From Rhizobiaceae bacterium (GTDB taxonomy: Bacteria > Pseudomonadota > Alphaproteobacteria > Rhizobiales > Rhizobiaceae): 64,000 nucleotides of DNA. Numbering within the stretch: position 1 is the first letter of the stretch; the number at the start of each line of letters is the position of its first letter. The translations under genes were made by a program, and so were the position numbers. Positions 40,544-50,114 of this stretch are shown one piece after another. Location of the stretch: assembly GCA_051960255.1 (NCBI GenBank), contig JBQCEL010000191.1, forward strand, positions 2,604 to 66,603. Reading direction: 5' to 3'. The notes under the pieces are model-generated. The model did no database searches. It saw nothing but the letters and a program-made list of their open reading frames with translations, and had not been told where the DNA came from.

Positions 40544-41272
40544 TCAATGCCGGCCGCCTTCGAGATAGGCGGCCCGGACTTCGGGATTGGCAAGCAGTTC
40601 CTTGCCGCTGCCGCTCATGGTCACGTTTCCATTGACCATCACGTAACCGCGTGTGGCGAGCTTGAGCGCGCCGAATGCGTTCTGCTCGACCAGAAAGACG
40701 GTGAGACCCTGGGTCCTGTTGAGTTCCTTGATCGCGTCGAAGATCTGCCTGACGATCAGGGGCGCCAGCCCAAGCGACGGTTCGTCGAGAAGCAGAAGCT
40801 TCGGCCGCGCCATCAGCGCCCGCGCGATCGATAGCATCTGCTGTTCGCCGCCCGAAAGCGTGCCGCCGCGCTGCGCGCGCCGCTCCTTGAGCCGCGGGAA
40901 AAGCGTAAACACCTTTTCCACGTCCTCGTCGAAATATCGCAGATTGTCGAGGCTGGCGCCCATCTGCAGATTCTCGGTGACGGTCATGCGCGGAAAGATG
41001 CGCCGGCCTTCGGGCGACTGGGCGATCCTGAGGCGCGCGATCTCATGCGTCGGCATCTGCGTGATGTCGGCGCCGGCGAAGGTTATCCGGCCACTGCGCG
41101 CGCGGGGGCTGCCGAAAATGGTCATCATCAAGGTCGACTTGCCGGCGCCGTTCGCGCCGATCAAGGTCACGATCTCACCCTGATTGACCGAAACGTTGAC
41201 GCCATTGAGAGCGCGGATATTGCCGTAGTAGGTCTCGACCCGTTCGACGTTGAGAAGCGGTTCGCCGGCCAT
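40544..41272 (-). CDS. livF: BCAA ABC ATP-binding protein LivF
   Basis: GANGAGKST, LSGGEQQM, LDEPSLGLAP. Confidence 0.95.
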   Translation of the reverse strand: MAGEPLLNVERVETYYGNIRALNGVNVSVNQGEIVTLIGANGAGKSTLMMTIFGSPRARSGRITFAGADITQMPTHEIARLRIAQSPEGRRIFPRMTVTENLQMGASLDNLRYFDEDVEKVFTLFPRLKERRAQRGGTLSGGEQQMLSIARALMARPKLLLLDEPSLGLAPLIVRQIFDAIKELNRTQGLTVFLVEQNAFGALKLATRGYVMVNGNVTMSGSGKELLANPEVRAAYLEGGRH

Positions 41273-42762
41273 TATTTGCGCCTCCCCTTGGCGGATGCCG
41301 CACGGCTCGCCGCCGCCTTGCCGGCATCGGCGCGGGGCGAGGGTTCGGTTTCCTTGCTCCTGGCGAGAAGACGCGCCTGCTTGACCCACTCCTCCCTTTT
41401 TATACGACCATCGAAGGCCAGATAGGCTTCAGCCGCCTTCACGTCCGCCGCCTTCCAGGCAGCGATCTGGTCGAAATGGAAGATGCCGTGCGCGTGAAGC
41501 TTCTTTTCATTGGCGGCGCCGATCCCCTTGATGCGGGTCAGATCGTCCGCCTTGCCGCCGCGCGGTTTGACAAGCGCGCCAGACAGGGAAGCGGCCCTTT
41601 CTGCCTGCGCCGGCTTCTCCGGGGCCGCGATTTTTCCGGAGCTTCGAGCTTTCGCCGCCGCGCCGGCCGCAGCCGCGGTCGTGCCCTTCTTGTCTCGCGC
41701 TTCCGGTTTCGTCCTCTTCCGGGCGGCTGCTGCTTGCGCCTTTTCGCGCGCCTCCACGATCCTGGCGCGGGATGCGCCCGGCGAGACGGCGATATGTTCT
41801 TCCTCGTCGCTATGGGCGATCGTGTCGGCGATCGGCCCCGCGAAGAAGGAGGCTGACGGTTCGACATTGTGGGAAGCGTCCGGCTCGGCATCCAGCCCTT
41901 CGACGACGCTCTCCTCGCCAACCTCGGTCAGAAGATCCTCGATCTCCTCGTCATCGACGCCGAGATAGGCCGCGATGACCTTCGGATCGCTTTTTACCGA
42001 TGCAGGATCGCCATCCGATATTTTCTGCCCGTATTCCAGCACGACGATGTGGTCCGAAATCTCCATGACGACCGACATGTCGTGCTCGATGAGAAGGATG
42101 GAGGTGCCGCTTGCCTCCCTCACCTCGTTGAGGAGCATATTGAGGGCCGCCGATTCATGCGGGTTGAGGCCCGCAGCCGGTTCGTCGAGGCAAAGCAGTT
42201 CCGGTTCCGTGCACATGGCGCGGGCGATTTCGAGCCGGCGCTGCGCGCCATAGGGAAGATCGCCGGCTGGATCGTCGGCGCGATCGATCAGATCGGCCTT
42301 GTCGAGCCAGAACTTGGCCACCTCGATCGATTCCGCCGACGCCTTCTTATAGCCGGAGAAACCGAACAGTCCCAATATGGTGAAGCCGGAAGCCCTCATG
42401 AGCTTGTTATGCTGGGCAACGAGCAAATTCTCCAGCACCGTCATGCCGGCGAAAAGCCGGATGTTCTGGAAGGTGCGGGCGACCTTGGCGTCGCGGGTGA
42501 TGTGAAAATCGGGCATGCGCTCGAGCAGATATCGCTCGCCGCCGCGCCGTGTCATCGTGATCATGCCTTCGGTCGGCTTGTAGAAGCCGGTGATGCAGTT
42601 GAAGACGGTCGTCTTTCCCGCGCCGTTCGGTCCGATGAGAGCGGTGATCTCGCCGCGTCTCGCCTCGAAGGACAGATCGTCGATGGCGCGCAATCCCCCG
42701 AAGCGCATGGAAAGGCGCTCAACCTGAAGGATCGGGCTGGCGGATGTGGGTCTATCGAGCAT
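41272..42762 (-). CDS. livG: BCAA ABC ATP-binding protein LivG with long C-terminal extension ending in an HhH-like domain
   Basis: GPNGAGKTT, LPYGAQRRLE, DEPAAGLN; about 229 extra residues including DDLTRIKGIG...IFHFDQIAAW. Confidence 0.9.
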   Translation of the reverse strand: MLDRPTSASPILQVERLSMRFGGLRAIDDLSFEARRGEITALIGPNGAGKTTVFNCITGFYKPTEGMITMTRRGGERYLLERMPDFHITRDAKVARTFQNIRLFAGMTVLENLLVAQHNKLMRASGFTILGLFGFSGYKKASAESIEVAKFWLDKADLIDRADDPAGDLPYGAQRRLEIARAMCTEPELLCLDEPAAGLNPHESAALNMLLNEVREASGTSILLIEHDMSVVMEISDHIVVLEYGQKISDGDPASVKSDPKVIAAYLGVDDEEIEDLLTEVGEESVVEGLDAEPDASHNVEPSASFFAGPIADTIAHSDEEEHIAVSPGASRARIVEAREKAQAAAARKRTKPEARDKKGTTAAAAGAAAKARSSGKIAAPEKPAQAERAASLSGALVKPRGGKADDLTRIKGIGAANEKKLHAHGIFHFDQIAAWKAADVKAAEAYLAFDGRIKREEWVKQARLLARSKETEPSPRADAGKAAASRAASAKGRRK

Positions 42763-44159
42763 CAGCCGTGCCCCTCTTTGGTGAAACTGGCTGAAACAGC
42801 TTTCTTCTCCTTGAGAAAGGCGGTGGGCTCGCGGCTGCCAACGAAGCCGCGCGGCTTCCACACCATGACGATGACCATCGCGAGCCCGAAAAGCAGCATG
42901 CGATAAAGCTCCGGCGTGAAATCCGGACCGAAGATCACTTTCAGGAAACTCAGTTCGCGCAGGATTTCCGTGCCGCCGATCATGACCACCGCCGCCACAG
43001 CGATGCCTGTCAGCGACCCCATGCCGCCCAGAACGACGATGGCCAGCACCACGGCCGATTCGAGAAAGACGAAGGATTCGGGGCTGACGAAGCCCTGGCG
43101 CGCGGCGAAGAACGAACCGGCGAAGCCCGCGAACATCGCGCCGGTGGCGAAGGCCGTCAGCTTCGTGTTGGTGGTGTTGATGCCGAGCGAACGGCAGGCG
43201 ATCTCGTCTTCGCGCAAGGCCTCCCAGGCGCGGCCGACCGGCATGCGCCGCAGCCTGATGCTAACGAAGGCGGTCACAAGCGCCATACAGAGGATCAGGT
43301 AATAAAGGAAAATCTTGTAATAGACCCCCGACATCGGCAGGTCGAAAACCTTCGCGATGTAGTTGGGATCGCTGACATCGAAGGAAATCAGGCCGAAGAA
43401 CGTCACTTTCGGAATGCCTGAAATGCCGAATGTGCCCTTCGTCACGGCCGTCCAATTGATGAGAACGAGCCGGATGATCTCGCCGAAGGCGAGCGTAACG
43501 ATGGCGAGATAGTCGCCTCGGAGCCGCAGGACCGGGAAGCCCAGGATCACGCCCCAGCACGCCGCGAGAAGTCCGGCGACCGGGAGCAGGATCCAGAAGG
43601 ACCAGCCGAAATGGATGGCGAGCAGCGAGTAGGAATAGGCTCCGACCGCGTAGAAGGCGACATAGCCGAGGTCGAGCAGGCCGGCGAGACCGACGACGAT
43701 GTTCAATCCCCAGCCGAGCATCACATAGATGAGGATCTGGATGCCGAAATTATCGACCCATTTGAGAGAGCCCTGCAGGCCGAGCGTCGTCACGACCAAG
43801 GGCGGAAAGATGAACAGGAAAATAATCGCAAGGAGGTTGAAATTCTTCTTGAGGAAGGATTCCTGCACGATTTCGGGAACGGCGGCCGCCGCGCGGGCCG
43901 CGCGCCGCTTCGCGAGCGCGGGACGGACGAATGCGGCAAAGACGAAGCGGCCGACCATCGCCACGCCGACAAAAACCGCCAGCAGGCCCCAGCGCTGCAC
44001 GAGGATAAGTTCGTTGCGGATGTTCTGGTCGGTCTTCAGCCCGACCAGCAGGACGAACATGCCGAGCGCGACGAGACCGGTATAGACGGCCTCGCGGAAG
44101 GCGCCGGTGATGTTGCTGCTCCGCGCTTCCATACGCGGAGCCGACACAGCTTCTGCCAT
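42762..44159 (-). CDS. livM: BCAA ABC permease LivM
   Basis: [34 protein letters not shown]. Confidence 0.95.
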   Translation of the reverse strand: MAEAVSAPRMEARSSNITGAFREAVYTGLVALGMFVLLVGLKTDQNIRNELILVQRWGLLAVFVGVAMVGRFVFAAFVRPALAKRRAARAAAAVPEIVQESFLKKNFNLLAIIFLFIFPPLVVTTLGLQGSLKWVDNFGIQILIYVMLGWGLNIVVGLAGLLDLGYVAFYAVGAYSYSLLAIHFGWSFWILLPVAGLLAACWGVILGFPVLRLRGDYLAIVTLAFGEIIRLVLINWTAVTKGTFGISGIPKVTFFGLISFDVSDPNYIAKVFDLPMSGVYYKIFLYYLILCMALVTAFVSIRLRRMPVGRAWEALREDEIACRSLGINTTNTKLTAFATGAMFAGFAGSFFAARQGFVSPESFVFLESAVVLAIVVLGGMGSLTGIAVAAVVMIGGTEILRELSFLKVIFGPDFTPELYRMLLFGLAMVIVMVWKPRGFVGSREPTAFLKEKKAVSASFTKEGHG

Positions 44160-44162
44160 GGC

Positions 44163-45065
44163 CTACACCTTCTCCACTTCGGGACGGCCCATGAGGCCGG
44201 ATGGCATGAAGATGAGCACGATCGCGAGGACGGAAAATGCCGCCACGTCCTTGTAATCGATCGAGAAATAGGCCGACCAGAGCGATTCGATGACGCCGAT
44301 CAGGACACCGCCGACCACGGCGCCGGGAATCGAGCCGATGCCGCCCAGGACCGCCGCGGTAAAGGCCTTCACGCCAGGGACGAAGCCGTCCGAGAAGACG
44401 ACCACACCATAGTACATGAGAAACAGCGTGCCGGCGACGCCCGCCAGCGCGGCGCCCATGATGAAGGTGATCGAGATGGTCCGGTCGACATCGATGCCGA
44501 GCAGCGCCGCCATCTTGCGGTCCTGTTCGCAAGCGCGCTGCGCGCGCCCGAGCGGCGTCCGGTTCACGACATACCAGAATATGGCGAGCAGCACGACGGT
44601 GACGACGCCGATGATGACCTGCTTCAGCGATATTGTGACGCCGTCGATCGCGAAGTCGCCGTGAATGAGCGGCGGGATCGGCTTGTTGCGCGGCCCCTGC
44701 GTGACCTGGACGAAATTCGAGAGCGTGATCGACATGCCGATGGCGGTGATCAATGGCGCCAGACGGAAAGAGCCGCGAAGGGGGCGGTAGGCCACGCGCT
44801 CGATCGCCCAATTCCACAGGCCCGTCATCACAATGGCGACGGCCATCATGATGAGCAGGAACAGAACCACGTGCACGCCGCCGAACAGCGATGCGAGAAT
44901 GAGAAAAACAATGAGCGAGATGAAGGCCCCGACCATGAAAACGTCGCCGTGGGCGAAATTGATCATACCGATGATGCCGTAGACCATCGTGTAGCCGATC
45001 GCGATCAGGCCATAGATGGATCCCAGCGTCAGCCCATTGATAAGCTGCTGGATGAAATATTGCAT
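44163..45065 (-). CDS. livH: BCAA ABC permease LivH
   Basis: GLTLGSIYGLIAIGYTMVYGI, NFAHG, KAFTAAVLGGIGS. Confidence 0.95.
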   Translation of the reverse strand: MQYFIQQLINGLTLGSIYGLIAIGYTMVYGIIGMINFAHGDVFMVGAFISLIVFLILASLFGGVHVVLFLLIMMAVAIVMTGLWNWAIERVAYRPLRGSFRLAPLITAIGMSITLSNFVQVTQGPRNKPIPPLIHGDFAIDGVTISLKQVIIGVVTVVLLAIFWYVVNRTPLGRAQRACEQDRKMAALLGIDVDRTISITFIMGAALAGVAGTLFLMYYGVVVFSDGFVPGVKAFTAAVLGGIGSIPGAVVGGVLIGVIESLWSAYFSIDYKDVAAFSVLAIVLIFMPSGLMGRPEVEKV

Positions 45066-45352
45066 ACTTTCGTGGCTCCCCAAGGATGTCGCCCCATTCG
45101 CGCATCCCTTTTGGTATTTTCCCTAGTCGTACCGGTTCGGGGCCGGATTGCAACGGCATTTTTTTCGGCAAACTGCCTAATTCGCTGATGGGGTCTTCCT
45201 CAGCCTCGACCCGCCGGCCTCCGCGCCCGTCCTCCCCTGGACCATGCTGATTCGACTTTTGGCATAGTCCGGTGCGTCGAATCAATCATCAAAGCGACGG
45301 CGGCGGCGGAAGCAGGCGCTCGGCGGCTCCAAGAGCCGCAAGAACGCGGGTT

Positions 45353-46354
45353 TCACGAGACGACGAAACCGTGGGCAAAAGGGTCGCGATCGTCGATAAA
45401 GATCGTGTTCAAGCCCGTTCGCCGTGCCCAGCCGCCGATGGACGGAATGATCGCGGGCCGGCCTCCAACCATCGTTTCCGCCTCGACGCGCCCCTTGAAC
45501 AACGAACCGATGATGGATTCGTGGACGAAGCCGCCGCCGGTCTTCAACCTTCCCTTGGCATGAAGCTGGGCCATGCGGGCCGAGGTGCCAGTGCCGCAGG
45601 GCGACCGGTCGATGGCCTTGTCGCCGTAGAAGACCGCATTGCGCGCGTCCGCCTCGCCACTTTCCGGCGCGCCCGTCCACAAGATGTGCGACAGCCGGTT
45701 GATGCCGGGATTTTCCGGATGGACGAAGGAATAGGCCTCGTTCAGCCTCTGCCGCAGCACCGGACTCCAGGCGATCAGGTCGGTCGCGGCATGGTCGGCC
45801 ATGTCGCGGTAATTCTCCTGCGGTTCGACGATGGCGTAGAAATTGCCGCCATAGGCCACATCGACACTGATCGGGCCGAGGCCGGGGCAATCGATCGCCA
45901 GATTTTCTGCATAGAGGAAGGAGGGGACATTGGTGATCCGCACCTCCTCCACATGTGCGCCTTCCCGCCGGTATTCCGCGACGACGAGACCGGCCGGCGT
46001 GTCGAGCCTGAGCGTGCCCGGCGTCTTCGGCGTCACAAGGCCGTTCTCGATCGCGAAGGTGACGGTGCCTATCGTGCCGTGGCCGCACATCGGAAGGCAG
46101 CCGGAGGTCTCGATGAAGAGAATGGCGATATCGCAATCGGGGCGCGTCGGCGGATAGAGGATCGAGCCCGACATCATGTCGTGGCCGCGCGGCTCGAACA
46201 TCAGCCCGGTGCGGATCCAGTCATATTCGGCGAGGAAATGCGCCCGGCGCTCCATCATGGTCGCGCCCTCCAGCCGGGGACCGCCGCCGGCGACGAGCCG
46301 GACGGGATTGCCGCAGGTATGCCCGTCGATGCAGAAAAAGGTGTGTTGCGCCAT
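45353..46354 (-). CDS. 4-hydroxyproline 2-epimerase (proline racemase family)
   Basis: EPRGH, MCGHGTIG and DRSPCGTGTS (Cys/Cys dyad). Confidence 0.9.
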   Translation of the reverse strand: MAQHTFFCIDGHTCGNPVRLVAGGGPRLEGATMMERRAHFLAEYDWIRTGLMFEPRGHDMMSGSILYPPTRPDCDIAILFIETSGCLPMCGHGTIGTVTFAIENGLVTPKTPGTLRLDTPAGLVVAEYRREGAHVEEVRITNVPSFLYAENLAIDCPGLGPISVDVAYGGNFYAIVEPQENYRDMADHAATDLIAWSPVLRQRLNEAYSFVHPENPGINRLSHILWTGAPESGEADARNAVFYGDKAIDRSPCGTGTSARMAQLHAKGRLKTGGGFVHESIIGSLFKGRVEAETMVGGRPAIIPSIGGWARRTGLNTIFIDDRDPFAHGFVVS

Positions 46355-46363
46355 GGCGGAACC

Positions 46364-47611
46364 TCAGAAGCGATTGGCCTGATAAGGAGAAAGATCGATC
46401 GGCGAAGCCTCGCCCGAAACGAGCGCTCGGACCAAGCGCCCGGTTGCCGCGGCCTGGGTCAGGCCGAGATGGCCGTGGCCGAAAGCATAGAACAAGTTGG
46501 CGTGGCGCGGCGCCGGCCCGATGACCGGTAGCGAATCGGGAAGCGAGGGGCGATAGCCCATCCACTCCCGCCCGCCTTCCGTCTTCAGCCCCGGCAGAAA
46601 GCGTTTCGCTTTTTCGAGCATCGCCTTCGAGCGGGCGAAATTGGGCGGCAGGCGGAGCCCGCCGAATTCGACCGCGCCGCCGACCCGGATGCCGGTCGAG
46701 AGCGGCGTGACGACGAAGCCATGGCCGGAAAAGATCAGCTGCCGCTTGATGTCGAACGCATCAACGGGAAGAGTCGTGTTGTAACCGCGTTCGGTATCGA
46801 GCGGGACAGAGTCGCCGACCTGTCTGGCAAGCTGCGCGGACCACGCCCCGGCGCAAAGAACGATCTTGCGCGACTTCATCTCCCTCCCATCGGCCCCCGA
46901 CGCCTGCCAGCCGCCGCCGGCAGGTCGGATTCCCCTGACATCGGCGCGGATGAAAGTAGCGCCTTTCTGTTCCGCATAGGCCCAGATGGCCTTGCCGACC
47001 AATCGCGGATCGCTGACGGTCTTCCAGCCGGGGACGAAGGCGCCGGCAACGAACCGATCGGAAAGGCCGGGTTGATATTCGCCGAGTTCATCCTTCTCCA
47101 GATGCCGGAAGGCGATGCCGTGGCGCTCGCGCGCCTCCCAGCCCGGGAGTGAGTTATGAAACTCCGCCTTGCTCTCATAGAGTTCGAGCGAGCCGTCCTC
47201 GCGCAGCATGCCCGTCGTGCCCGAGCGCTGCATGAGACCGGCCCATTCCGCCTCGCCAAGTTTCATCAGCGCCGCCTGCGCGGCGAGCCCCGCCTCGTGG
47301 CGCCCCGGAGCGGCCGCGCGGCGGAACCGTATGAGCCACGGAAGGAGCCGCGGCAGATAGGACGGGCGGATCGACAGCGGACCCAGGGGATCGAGAAGCC
47401 ATTTGGGCGCATGGGCGAGCATGCCCTTTTGCGCCAGCGGCAACACGTCGGAGAAGGCGAAGGCGCCGGCATTGCCTGAGCTCGTCTCCTCGCAGATACC
47501 GCTCCGATCGACAACCGAGACCGCATGGCCCGACTCGGCGAGATAGGCGGCCGTACAGACGCCGATAATGCCGGCGCCGATGACGAGGATGTCGAGCTGA
47601 TCGTTGCTCAC
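46364..47611 (-). CDS. DadA-family FAD oxidoreductase (likely D-hydroxyproline dehydrogenase)
   Basis: GAGIIG, TSSGNAG, WMGYRPSLPDSLPVIG, GHGHLGLT; context next to the epimerase. Confidence 0.82.
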   Translation of the reverse strand: MSNDQLDILVIGAGIIGVCTAAYLAESGHAVSVVDRSGICEETSSGNAGAFAFSDVLPLAQKGMLAHAPKWLLDPLGPLSIRPSYLPRLLPWLIRFRRAAAPGRHEAGLAAQAALMKLGEAEWAGLMQRSGTTGMLREDGSLELYESKAEFHNSLPGWEARERHGIAFRHLEKDELGEYQPGLSDRFVAGAFVPGWKTVSDPRLVGKAIWAYAEQKGATFIRADVRGIRPAGGGWQASGADGREMKSRKIVLCAGAWSAQLARQVGDSVPLDTERGYNTTLPVDAFDIKRQLIFSGHGFVVTPLSTGIRVGGAVEFGGLRLPPNFARSKAMLEKAKRFLPGLKTEGGREWMGYRPSLPDSLPVIGPAPRHANLFYAFGHGHLGLTQAAATGRLVRALVSGEASPIDLSPYQANRF

Positions 47612-47631
47612 GGAAATATCCGCGTTTTCAT

Positions 47632-48525
47632 TCAGATCTTAGGCAGATCCGGCCGCGTCGCCAGCGCGTCCCTAATGATTTTCTCCACCCGCTCGCGCTC
47701 GGCGCCGGCAAGCGGCTGGCGCGGCAGGCGCACCCGCTCATTGCTGCCGATGGCGTGGACCTCCGCAAGCTTGATGTTCTGGACCAGATAGGTCGAGACG
47801 TCGAGATCGAGAAGCGGTCGGAACCAACGGTAAAGCTTGAGCGCCTCGGCGGTGCGCCCTTCCTTGATGAGACGGTAGATCACGACCGTTTCGCGCGGGA
47901 AGGCGGTGACGAGACCGGCGACCCAGCCAACCGCGCCGACGGATAGCGCCTCGAAGGCGAGATTGTCGACGCCTGTAAAGAGGTCGAAACGATCGCCGAA
48001 ACGGTTGATCATGTCGATCGAGCGGCGGATGTCGTCGGAGGATTCCTTGATGGCCACGATGCGGTTGTCGGACGCAAGCTCGGCCATGATGTCGGCAGTC
48101 ACGTCAACGCGGTAGGCGATGCGGTTGGAATAGACCATCACGGGCAGATCGCCAGCCGCGGCGATCATCTTGAGATTGTCTGCGGTCTCTTTGGGGTTGG
48201 TGTGGTAGATCGGGCTCGGCACGACCATCAGACCGTCAGCGCCGGCCTTCGCCGCCCGCACGGCAAGCGCCTTCGCCTCGCGGGTGGACGCTTCATTGAC
48301 GGTGAGGAGCACGGGCTTGCCCCGCGCCACGCCTTGAGCGGTCTTCAGGACCTCGAGCTTCTCGTCATGGGAAAGCATCGGCCCTTCGCCCAACGACCCG
48401 GCGACAATGAGACCGTCACATCCGGCATCCATGAGCAGAGAGAAGCAGCGCTCCATTTCCGCATGATCGAGCGCGTCATCGGCCGTGAACTTCGTGGTGA
48501 CTGCCGGGAATATACCTTTCCACAT
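47632..48525 (-). CDS. DHDPS-family protein (likely pyrroline-4-hydroxy-2-carboxylate deaminase)
   Basis: GSLGEG, MVYSNR, AIKESSDD; context. Confidence 0.82.
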   Translation of the reverse strand: MWKGIFPAVTTKFTADDALDHAEMERCFSLLMDAGCDGLIVAGSLGEGPMLSHDEKLEVLKTAQGVARGKPVLLTVNEASTREAKALAVRAAKAGADGLMVVPSPIYHTNPKETADNLKMIAAAGDLPVMVYSNRIAYRVDVTADIMAELASDNRIVAIKESSDDIRRSIDMINRFGDRFDLFTGVDNLAFEALSVGAVGWVAGLVTAFPRETVVIYRLIKEGRTAEALKLYRWFRPLLDLDVSTYLVQNIKLAEVHAIGSNERVRLPRQPLAGAERERVEKIIRDALATRPDLPKI

Positions 48526-48635
48526 CTTATCTCTCTCCGATCTGATATATTCGTGATATATCAATATAGCCGGATATATGTCAACATAGATTTCCGCGTT
48601 GATATGCGGCAGGAATCCGCCAGGGAGCGCATCTG

Positions 48636-49298
48636 TTGAACGCGGAAAGCGATATCAATTCCTTCGAGCCAGCAGCGGTCAAGGCCTATCGCGTACTGGA
48701 GCGGATGATCGTGACGCTCGAGCTGGCGCCGGGCAGCGTCACGACGGAAGGTGTTCTGATCGAGCGGCTGGGACTTGGCCGCACGCCGGTGCGCGAAGCC
48801 GTGCAGAGGCTCGCATGGGAAGGGCTTCTCGAAGTGCGCCCGCGCGCCGGCATGGCCGTCGCGCCGCTCCATGCCGGGGACTGGCTGAAGGTGCTCGACG
48901 CGCGGCGCGGGGTCGAGATCATCCTCGCCCGCTCAGCCGCCCGTTTCTATACGCGCGACGCCAATATGCGTTTCCAGAAGGCGGCGCGCGCCATGCAGCA
49001 GGCCGTCATCGCCGGCAGCGTGAACGACTTCCTCGCCGCCGACAAATCCCTCGATGAAGCAATCAATTCTGCCGCGGACAACGCCTTCGCGTCACGCCTC
49101 GCCGCGCCGTTGCAGACCCACAGCCGGCGTTTCTGGTATCGCTACAGAGCCGAGGCCGGACTGGCGGAATCGGCCGCCCAACATGTCGAGATCATCCGTT
49201 CCATACTGGATCACGACGAGGACGCAGCCGGCGTACAGGCCGATCGCCTGATAAGCCTGCTTCGTGGCCACGCCGAAGCGGTCGCCGCCGGCCTTTGA
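48636..49298 (+). CDS. GntR-family regulator divergent from the hydroxyproline genes
   Basis: LGLGRTPVREAVQRL HTH plus FCD-like domain; TTG start. Confidence 0.88.
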   Translation: MNAESDINSFEPAAVKAYRVLERMIVTLELAPGSVTTEGVLIERLGLGRTPVREAVQRLAWEGLLEVRPRAGMAVAPLHAGDWLKVLDARRGVEIILARSAARFYTRDANMRFQKAARAMQQAVIAGSVNDFLAADKSLDEAINSAADNAFASRLAAPLQTHSRRFWYRYRAEAGLAESAAQHVEIIRSILDHDEDAAGVQADRLISLLRGHAEAVAAGL

Positions 49299-49314
49299 TT
49301 ACAGGAGAAACTGG

Positions 49315-49731
49315 TCAGCTGCCCGGCAGTGCGGCTAGATTGGCCGTATCCCAGCCTTCGCCTGCCGCCATCATGCAGCTGACGCCGTTGGTTCCGGTTG
49401 CCAGGATCGTCCAGTCGCCCTTGTTCGAGACGAACACTTCGACAGCCGCTTTCGGACTGACGAGTCCGGTGGATTGCTGCTTTTCATTATAAAGCCGCCC
49501 GAGCGCATTCACCATGTCGGTGCGTTTCGCGCAGGTAACGCCCGAAACTGCCTGCAGACCTGTTACGGTGGTTTCGGTCTTGCCGGCATTCGGCCGCATC
49601 GCGATGCGGTCGGTCTTTGGAGTTGTGACGGTGGATTGGAAATGCGCCGGCGCGGCCTCCAGCCGGGGGGGAACTGTTACAACCAGGATGGCAGCTGCTG
49701 CTGCCGGAATGAGATAGGATTTGAGTGCCAT
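49315..49731 (-). CDS. Exported hypothetical protein with a Cys pair
   Basis: Signal peptide, then CAKRTDMVNALGRLYNE...GDWTILATGTNGVSCMMAAGEGW. Confidence 0.7.
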   Translation of the reverse strand: MALKSYLIPAAAAAILVVTVPPRLEAAPAHFQSTVTTPKTDRIAMRPNAGKTETTVTGLQAVSGVTCAKRTDMVNALGRLYNEKQQSTGLVSPKAAVEVFVSNKGDWTILATGTNGVSCMMAAGEGWDTANLAALPGS

Positions 49732-49885
49732 TACGGGCTCCCTGTCGTCCTTTTGCCGGCGCTTCACTTCTTGCCGGCTTCCACCCTCTCCGCTGCTCGA
49801 CCCGCGTTAACAATTCGGGACGCGCGATCTCGTTCCATCACATCTCCGTATATGCCCGCCCGCGGTATCCCGCGGCCCGAAAAGA

Positions 49886-49912
49886 AAAAGGCACGGACGA
49901 GCCCTGCCTTTT
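49886..49912 (-). terminator. Probable intrinsic terminator downstream of mmsA
   Basis: AAAAGGCA-N11-TGCCTTTT, with additional T-rich sequence on the minus strand. Confidence 0.6.
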
Positions 49913-49966
49913 GAATTTCGAAATGCGTCTGCCACACGTCCGCGCCGAACGACGCGCCGCTGTCCG

Positions 49967-50114
49967 GGCGTCAGTTCATCGTCGGCATGGCGAATTCCGC
50001 GCCTTCCTTGACGTCTGCCCGCGCGCCCGCAGCCGGAGGCGAGGACGCGCAAGCGAGAAAACTGTCTGGCGTCAGTTCATCGTCGGCATGGCGAATTCCG
50101 CCCCTTCCTTGACG
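49967..50114. repeat. 47-bp direct repeat of the mmsA 3' end (49967-50013 and 50068-50114)
   Basis: 46/47 identical; the single mismatch is synonymous (GGC/GGG Gly). Confidence 0.95.

Noticed and set aside
32547-45240. Shared 14-mer CGTCCTCCCCTGGA in two intergenic regions (about 32555 and 45225)
   Set aside because: Only two short copies with unrelated flanks; not enough to call a repeat family or a cuckoo-type sRNA
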